DNA of 64,000 bases from Octopus sinensis (Eukaryota): contig NC_043003.1 in NCBI RefSeq assembly GCF_006345805.1, positions 13,020,001 to 13,084,000 of the forward strand, given 5' to 3'. Made by a program: the position numbers and the translations under genes. Under the pieces are notes generated by a model, which saw nothing but the letters and a program-made list of their open reading frames with translations, was not told where the DNA came from and did not search any database. Positions 53,701-63,538 of this stretch are shown here, piece by piece. Position 1 is the stretch's first letter; every line of letters starts with the position of its first letter.

Positions 53701-56700
53701 GAGTGTAGTGGGTGCTTTTTACGTGCCACCGGCACAGGTGCCAGGGGAGTCTGGCATCGGCCACGATCGGTTGGTGCTTTTAACGTGTCACTGGCACGGA
53801 AACCAGTCAAGGCGGCGCTGGCATCGGCCACGTTTGGATGGTGCTTTTTATGTGCCATCGGCACAGAAGCCAGTCGAGGTGGCGCTGGCATCAGCCACAT
53901 TCGGATGGTGCTTTTTATGTGCCACCGGTACAGGTATCACAACTACTATTTCCATTGATATTTGTTTCAATGTTCATGTACTTGACTCAATAGGTCTCCT
54001 CAAGCACAGAGGGATGTTCTGGTATCCAAGGTACTTTTAATGGGCAGGGGCTATGTGGGACTGGTGCAGGAAGCAGCCCGGGTCTTTGCAGTCACAGCAT
54101 ATCTCCAGAGATCTCGGTCCTTTGCCATTGCCTCTGTGAGGCCCAACGCTCTGAGGTCATGCTTGGCTGTCTCACCCATGTCTTTCTGGGTCTTCCTCTC
54201 CCCCTGAAACCTTCAACTGTTTGGGAGCAGCACTTCTTCACACATCTCTCCTCATCCATCCACAGTACATGACCATACCATCGTAAGTGTCACTCTTGCA
54301 CACCACATCTGATGCTTCTTATGTCCAGCATTTCTCTCAGGGTGCTTACCCTGTCGTGTGCGCACACTGACATTACACATCCAGCAGATCATGCTAGCTT
54401 CATTCCTTTCAAGTCTACGCATGTCCTCTGCAGTCACAGCCCATGTTTCACTACTGTGAAGCATGGCAGTTCGCACACATGCATCATACAATCTACCTTT
54501 CACTCTAAGCGAGAGACCCTTTGTCGCCAGTAGGGGTAGGAGCTTTCTAAACTTTGCCCAGGCTATTTGTATTCTAGTGGTGACACTCTCTGAGCATCCA
54601 CCTCCACTACTAACTTGGTCACCCAGGTAGCGGAAACTATCAACTACTTCTAGTTTCTCCCCCTGGAGTGTGATGGAATCTGTTTTCTGAGTATCTGTGG
54701 TGTCTATTGTCCCTGTGCATCTGCCGCACATGAAAGCTATCTTATCAGTTAATTTCCCTTTGATGTTGCTGCACCTCTTATGCGTCCATAGCTTACACTG
54801 GGTACATCTTATGGAGTTTTTACCTACACCTTTCCTACAGATCGAGCAGGGCCACCTGCCCGAGGGTGTGTGTGCTGAGTTCGCCTTTCTGCTCACTATA
54901 ACTTTGGTCTTTGCTACATTTACTCTAAGGCCCTTTGATTCTAAACCTTGCTTCCACACCTGAAATTTCTTTTCTAGTTCCGGTAGTGATTCTACTATGA
55001 GAGCCAGGTCATCAGCATAGAGGAGCTCCCAGGGGCAACCTGTTTTGAATTCCTCTGTTATTGCCTGGAGGACTATGATGAATAAAAGGGGACTGAGGGC
55101 TGAGCCTTGGTGTACACCTACTTCTACCCGGAATTCTTCACTATATTCGTTGCCAATTCTAACCTTGCTGACAGCTTCTCTGTATAGGGCCTGTACAGCC
55201 CTTATTAGCCATTCGTCAATCTCCAGTTTCCGCATCGACCACCAGATAAGGGATCGGGGGACCCTGTCAAAGGCTTTCTCCAAGTCCACAAAAGCTATGT
55301 AGAGGGGTTTATCTTTAGCTAGGTATTTCTCCTGCAGTTGTCGGAAAGTCCTGGCCTCCAGCCAAAATTAGAAAAGAATTATTGGCATAATGGCTCTTTC
55401 AAAAAATCTGTTTCAACATAAAAATTCATATCAAGAGTCATGTGAACCAAATACAAAATTGAAATGTCAGTTGTTATTTTACATAATTACTAAATACTTA
55501 ATGTTTTTTTTTCCTAAAGTTATTTCCAAAGGTCACTATCTTATGGCGAAATCAAACAGTGGTCAAGCTGGCAGTATTTCTAAACTAGTAAGCACAGATT
55601 TTAACCCAACAGTCAACTGTCTCCATTTATGGTACAATATATATGGGAAGACACCCGCCACAATGACAGTGTACAAGAAGGCATCAAATACAAGTATTTT
55701 GTGGCAGCTTACAGATGAGCAAGAAGGAAACTGGAAGGAAGCACAAGTTCCTATATCAAACACTTCAGAAGTATTTTCAGTAAGTTCTCACTTTGTATAT
55801 CTACCTGTTATTATTTATAGATGCAATAAGGTGGAGAGCTGTCAGAAGTATTAGCATGCCAGGTGAAATGCTCAGCTGTATTTTGTCTGCCGCTACGTTC
55901 TGAGTTCAAATTCCACTGAGGTCGACTTTGCCTTTCATCCTTTTGGGGTCGATAAATTAAGTACCAGTTAAGCACTGGGGTCGATATAATCGACTTAATC
56001 CGTTTGTCTGTCCTTGTTTGTCCCCTCTGTGTTTAGCCCCTTGTGGATAGTAAAGAAATAGGTATTTTGTCTGTTTTTACGTTCTGAGTTCAAATTCTGC
56101 CGAGGTCGACTTTGCCTTTCATTCTTTCAGGGTCGATAAATTAAGTACCAGTTATGCACTGGGATTGATATAATCGACTTAATCCGTTTGTCTGTCCTTG
56201 TTTGTCCCCTCTGTGTTTAGCCCCTTGTGGATAGTAAAGAAATAGGTATTTTGTCTGTCTTTACGTTCTAAGTTCAAATTCTGCCGAGGTCGACTTTGCC
56301 TTTCATCCTTTCGGGGTCGATAAATTAAGTATCAGTTGCATACTGGGATCAATATAATCGAGTGGTCCCCTCCCCCAAAAGTTTCGAGCCTTGTGCCTAG
56401 AGTAGAAAAGATTATTTATAGATGAAATGCCAAGCAAAATGCTTAGCAGCATTTCATGTCTTCACATTTTGAGTTCAAATTCTTCTGAGGTAGATTTACC
56501 TGTCCAACTTTTAGGGTCGATAAAATAAGTACCAGTTGAGTTCTGGGGTCAATAGGATTGACTTAGCCATTCCTGTGAAGTTGCTCGCCTTGTGCCAAAA
56601 TTTGAAACCAATATTTGTGGATGCAAGTATTGCTATGTGATTAAGAAGTTTATTTGGCAACCACATGATTTCACCTTCAGTCCCACTGCATGGTACCTTG

Positions 56701-56899
56701 GGCAAGAATCTTCTACTATAATCCCAGCCTGACCAAAGCCTTCTGAATAGGGTTAGTGGACAGCACTGAAAGAAACCTGTAGTGTGTGTGTCATTGTTCA
56801 GTTTTATTTCAAGATTTCTTGCCAATAGGGAAAGAGCTGGTTTCTAAACTAGATCCAAGGCTCCTTTATTGGAATTTCAACATCAACAACGGAGTACTT

Positions 56900-56931
<32 letters not shown>

Positions 56932-57201
56932 CGTATGTATGTATGTATGTGCAGATTTGTATGTTTTGCTTTATGTATGTATTCTCATACATATAGTTAC
57001 ATATCTAGACATGTTCATATATATTTAAATGATAAACTCCTCGAAAGCTTTACAGATTTTTACAGTTCCAGTAATGGATTGAATCTGTAGTCTTCGAATT
57101 AGCTTTCGCCTTTCTGATTTTGGGAAGCCTAATTTCTCAAGAACCCCAATTTCTCAAGTATGTAACTATGTGTGTACATGTGTGTGTGCACGCATGTGAG
57201 T

Positions 57202-57237
<36 letters not shown>

Positions 57238-60147
57238 TCATCTTGATGCTTCATGACAGCCGTAAGCAAGTGTCACAGTCATAAAAGCAGTGTTCATCAT
57301 TTCCAGCTTTTTGCAAAAGCATGTCTGACCACGAGGGGGAAATATTCCCTTGATTGGAAACAGATGAGAGTTGGCAACAGGAAGAGCACCCGGCTGTAGA
57401 AAGTCTCCTTCATACAAGCATGAAAAAAGCTGATGTTAAAACATTGATGAGAAGGAAGATGGATATGCATGTGTTTGTGTGGTATGTATATGCGTGTGCA
57501 TGTGTGTGTGTGTGTGTATACATGTGCATGCATGTATGTGTGTGTGTTGCTTAATATTTACAGTTTTATATTTAAAAGATGAGGAATTGTGTACATTATT
57601 TACAGGCATATAGCGTAGTGGTTAAGAGCACGGGCTACTAACCCCAAGATCCCGAGTTCAATTCCAGGCAGCCGACCTGAATAATAATAATAATATTAAT
57701 AATAATAACAACAGCGAAAAATACCTTAGGAATGAGAACCCAGGTTCGAAATTTCCTCAAGACACCTGATGAAGGCTGGAGGGTATATCAGCTGAAACGT
57801 GTTAACAACAAACAAGATGAGGAGAAATAATCTATCAAATGTAAATAATGTAAATAATGTACTTATTATTTATTTATATATTTTAATTCATTCATTCAAT
57901 AAAAGTCCCTTTACTTTATCTTCATAGATTGTAATTGAAGTTAAGTCTGGCAGCAAAAGCTATGTGGCAATTGATGACACACATTTTAACAAAATACATG
58001 ATTGCGCACGTAAGTACCTTTGTTTTTTCATCTATTTTTAAGGCAGCAAGCTGGCAGAAATGTTTAATGGCATTTCATCCATCTTTGAGTTCTGAGTTCA
58101 AATTCTGCAAAGATCAACATTACTTTTCATCCTTCATGGGGGTGGGTAATGAAATAAGTGCCAGCTGTGCATGGCAGTCGGTGTAATTGACTTATCCCCT
58201 TTGCCATAATTCCTGGCCTTGTGCCAAAATTTCAAGCTGATATTTCATCTGTTCTTCTCCTGGTTTCTACCCCATAATTCTTGGCCTTGTGCCAAAATTC
58301 AAAACCAAAATTTCATTGTGAAATATTGGTTTCAAATCTCAAGTGAAATATTGATTTTGAATTTTGACACAAGGCCAGGAATTATGGAGTAGGAATTCAG
58401 AGAAGAATAGATGAAATATCGGTTTTGAATTTTGGCACAAGGCCAGGAATTATTCTTCCCCTGGTTCCTATACCATAATTCTTGGCCTTGTGCCAAAATT
58501 CAAAACCAATATTTCATCTATTCTTCTCTAAATCATCTATTCTTCTCCTACGACCATGAGTCCACTGCTCTTACCACTGGACCATTGCGCCTCTACATAT
58601 ATATAGACACACACACATGCACACACCTGTAGGTTAAACCTTTTGCATTTAAACCAGCCATATCAGGCCTAAATATTCTATGTTTTATGTTCAAACTGGC
58701 TGAATTTAGCCTCTCACACCTATCATACCATGCCATTCTAAAAATATACTACTGTCATCGTTTAACGTCTGCCTTCCATCCTGGCATGGGTACATCATTG
58801 AAATCTAGAAGCAGGATTAATGCAAATCAATTTGAATAAATAAGCATTATGTTTGACAGAATAATCTGAATGCTAAAGGGTCAAAATACTAGATATTGTG
58901 GTCCCAGTGCTGGGGATAGCAGGGCTTTATCACCCCTCTAGCAATATAAAGAAGGGTGCATTTTGCATTAAAAAGCCAATATGAGAGTCTCTCTCATGGT
59001 ATCTACCACAGTATAGTTTGTTCTAACAGAACATCCACATGAGCATAAATGTTACCTCTCAGTATTTATACTGCTTCTGTCACTTTTATATGTTTACTAA
59101 TTATTTTGAATCTTCTCAGGTAAACCAAGCAATGCTATTGCTGCTCATACTACGGCCAAAAGATCATATACCACTAAGCCAGCAACAGTTCCTCAGACAG
59201 GTGAGATAATCTATTTTATAATTATATGAATTTATAATTACCATATTTTAATGTATATAAGGAACCCTCGTGTATAAGGAACCCCTAATTTGGGGGCTTA
59301 AAATTTAGAAAGAAGGTTTTGTAAGGGAGTATATTACTATCCATGTATAAGAAACTCCCATATTTTTTTATCTAATTTTTGACAAAAGTGGGTTCCTTAT
59401 AGACATTAAAATACAGTATGTGAATTATTTATTTATAATTATATGAATTATATAAATTACAATTTATAATTATTTGAATTATAATTCCTCATTGAGGAAA
59501 TGGAAAGGGACCAAGAATCATGGTGATTTGCTGTACCTGAGAACATGCGTGAAATTAAGTAAAATCCCTGTGATCCGTATATACAGGTTTGTCATTCCAG
59601 GTGCCAGTGCCACATAAAATGCACTCATGCCAGTACCGCATAAATGGACTCATGCAGATGGCACGTAAAAAGCACCCAGCATGCTCTGTAAAGGGATTAG
59701 CATTAAAAAGGGCACCCAGCCATAGAAGCCGTGCCATGACAGATCATCGGAATTAGGATAGCTCCTTGACCAGCCAGCTCCATGTCGAACCATCCATCCC
59801 ATGCCAGCATGGAAAACAGATGTTAAACGACGACGATGATGATGATGATGAGGAGGAGGAGGAGGATATAAATATTTGTTGAACTGACAGTCTAAAAAGC
59901 AGGGGGGATCCCAACTAAGAGGTAGGAGCATGCACCCTGCAAGATGGCATTTCAGTGGGATATGATGAAGATGGGAAATTAAATAGACTATTTCCTCAAC
60001 TCACTACCATCATCTCATTTCCCACTGGCCTGTAATATTCACTCCTTTAAGCTTTCTGTCAATCAATATCATTTGAATTTCTAGGCCCCTTCTTTTACAT
60101 ATTTGTAGTCCCTTTATAATGTGGTGGCCTAAAGCTTTGTTTGGGAC

Positions 60148-60185
<38 letters not shown>

Positions 60186-63100
60186 TATTTACTGTCTGTT
60201 GTCCATGCTGGCATGGGTTAGACAGTTTGACTGGAACTGGTAAGATGGAGAGCTGCACCAGGTTCTAATCTGATTTGCATGGTTTCTACGGCTGGATGCC
60301 CTTCCTAATGCCAACCACTCCAAGAGCATAATGGGTGCTTTTTACATGCCACCGGCCCAAGTGCCAGTTACACAACATCAGCATTGGCCACAACTGCTAT
60401 CACTTGGCTTGATGAGTCTTCTCAAGCACGGCAAAGATCTCGGTCATTTATCATTGCTTCTGATTACAAGTATCTTGGGTCATACATATCATCATCTGAA
60501 AAAGATTTTCTAACTCGAAAGAGTATGGCCTGGTCAGCCTGTAATGATATGCATAAGATCTGGTCATCAAATCTAAGTAGAGATTTCAAACTTAAAATCT
60601 TCAAAGCCACAGTCGAACCAATTCTACTATATGGCTCAGAAACCTGGACGTTATCAAAGAAGCTTGAGAGGCGGTTGGATGGAGCTTACACTCACCTCCT
60701 TATGAGAGCTCAAAATCTCTCGTGGAAGCGTCATCCAACCAAAGTACAAATATATGGGAAACTACCACCTGTATCATCTCTTGTGAAAAGTAGAAGAGTC
60801 CAGTTTGTTGGACATTGTTGTAGAGCTGAATACGAGGTAATTTCTACACTTCTCCTCTGGAAGCCATCTGCTCGCGATACCAGAGGGCGCACACTTTCCT
60901 ACCCTGATGTAATCTCCAGGGATACAGGCATCCAGCAACATGACCGCCGTAATGCTATGATGAACCATGAAGTCTGGTGTAGCATAGTAAAATCCATTGT
61001 CTCGACCACGATCGAACAACGATGATGATGATGAGTCTCTTTTAAACAAAAAAAGAAAACAGATTGTTGGAATCACTGGCTCATCATCGAAATGTACCTT
61101 CATTGTGTCTTTCTTACAAGTATTTCCACCGTCATTACTCTGACAGGTGAATCGTTTCCCTGTTAAGCTTCCTGTTAGTCTTAAGTCCTTTTTATTCTAA
61201 AAGCTCACCAGTATCATTTTGTTTTCTTCTAGTCCAGTGGTTCCCAAACTTTTTTAGGCTGCCTCCCCTTGGACACCCAACCCACATTCCTAGTACCCCC
61301 ACCCCAACTAACCATCACAAACATAGACCCCTTTCTAAAGCATATTCAAAGCAACTGTATTTAACAAATAAAACTTAACCTCATGAACCCATTTGTTGTT
61401 TTACATAAATTGCTACCCATTATCAACCCACTTTTTATATGAATCGCCATCCCCATTATTGCCCTACTATTCTTCAGTGCCCCTTTGGAACTTTCCACTG
61501 CCCCTATTAGGGGCAATATTGCCCACTTTGGAAACCACTGCTCTAATCTATGATATTCAGTCTCTCAAGCTTTCTGCCAATCAACAGTATTTGTAGAATT
61601 TGAAGGCAGCGATCTGGCAGAAACGTTAGCACCCCAGGTGAAATGCTTAGCAGTATCTCATCTGTCTTTATGTTCTGAGTTCAAATTTCGCCAAAGTCAA
61701 CTTTGCCTTTCATTCTTTCGGGGTCGATAAAGTAAGTACAAGTTGTGTACTGGGGTCGATCTAATCGACTGGATCCCTCCCCAAAAATTTTGAGCCTTGT
61801 GCCTAGAGTAGAAAGGAATATTTTAAGGTGGCAAGCTGGCAGAAACATTAGCACCCCAGGCGAAATTCTTAGCAGTAATTCGTCTGTCTTTACATTCTGA
61901 GTTCAAATTCCACCAAGGTCGACTTTGCCTTTCATCCTTTCAAAGTCAATAAATTAAGTACCAGTTGTGTATTGGGGTCGATCTAATCAACTGGTCCCCT
62001 TACCAAAAATTTCAGGCTTTGTGCCTAGAGTAGAAAAGAATATCTTAAGGCAGTGAGCTGGCAGAAACATTAGCATGCTTAGCGGTATTTCGTCTGTCTT
62101 TACGTTCTGAGTTCAAATTCTGCCAAGGTCAACTTTGCCTTTCATTCTTTCGGGGTCAGAGTAGAAAGAGTATCTGTAGAATTTTAAATTTGTAGCTCCC
62201 ACTTCTTTCCGTTCTTTGTAGTCCCTTTTTCTATAGTTACAAAATCACACAAAGCACAGTATTCTGTTCAGCTCTCTGATCCAAAGATATCTTCCTATCT
62301 TCTTTCAACTAATGTTGGAGGCTTGGAAAGTTGTCCTCAGAGCTGCTCTTCTTCCACTGACCATGGTATCAAAAATAATAAGTTAAAACAAGTTTTTTAA
62401 AAATGCTTTTTTTTAAATTGGAGCTTCTTGTTTTGTTTCTTATTGTTATAACCTTTGCCTTAGCAAAGGTGGAGGTATTGTTTTCAGTTGTGTTTGTTTG
62501 TTTGTCCATGGACAAGATATCTCAATAACCGCAGAATGGATTCAGATGAAACTTTCAGGAATGTTTGGCCTTGTGACTGGCATAAACTGATTAGATTTTG
62601 GGACAAGGATACTGGATCATTTTTCCAATTTTTTACTTAATTTTTGAGAACAATCAGGTTCCTTTCTAGTATTTTTGTTTGTGAGAGCAGTCGAGTTTAT
62701 TTCAGATATTCTCATTTTAAAAATCATCTCTGGCTAATCATTGTGTTGCCTTGGCGAAGGTTTGTGCTCTCTGAATGCTCTTGTTATTGTGGCTGTTGTT
62801 GTTTTTTATTATTCCTGTTTTGTTTTTTATTGTTATTGTTTTGTTTTGTTTTGTTTTAGACTCTTTTAAATCATGTACATTTTCAACTGGGTTTTGTGGT
62901 TGGCAACAGCTTCCTGGTAGTAAAGTAAAGTGGCAAATGAAGCGAGGTAAAACAGCTACACAGGATACAGGACCGAAAAGGGATCACACCACTGGCAGTA
63001 AGTATTTAAATAAATAAGGATTATTTCACTAAACAGTAAGCATATGGTGCAGGCATGGTTGTGTGGTAAGAAGTTTGCTTCCCAACCACATGGTTCTGGG

Positions 63101-63469
63101 TTCAGTCCCACTACATGGCACTTTGGGCAAGTGTCTTCTACTACAGCCTCAGGCTGGGCAAAGCCTTGTGAGAGGAATTGGTAGACAGAAACTGAAAAGC
63201 GGTGAGCTGGCAGAAACCTTAGTACACCAGGTGAAATACTTAGCGGTATTTCGTCTGCCACTATGTTCTGAGTTCAAATTCTGCCGAGGTCGACTTTGCC
63301 TTTGATCCTTTCAGGGTCGATTAAATAAGTACCAGTTACGCACTGGGGTCAATATAATCGACTCAGTCCATTTGTGTGAACTTGTTTGTCCCCTCTGTGT
63401 TTAGCCCCTTGTGGGCAGTAAAGGAATAAGAAACTGAAAGAAGTCCATGGCATGTGTGTGTGTGTGTGT

Positions 63470-63538
<69 letters not shown>

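Noticed and set aside
53268-54040. ORFs of 146 and 148 aa on +
   Set aside because: Antisense translations of RTE 3' UTR repeats and (CAT)n tails.
6143-63430. tRNA genes
   Set aside because: All A/B-box heads continue into repeat bodies and lack a proper acceptor stem; they are SINE heads.
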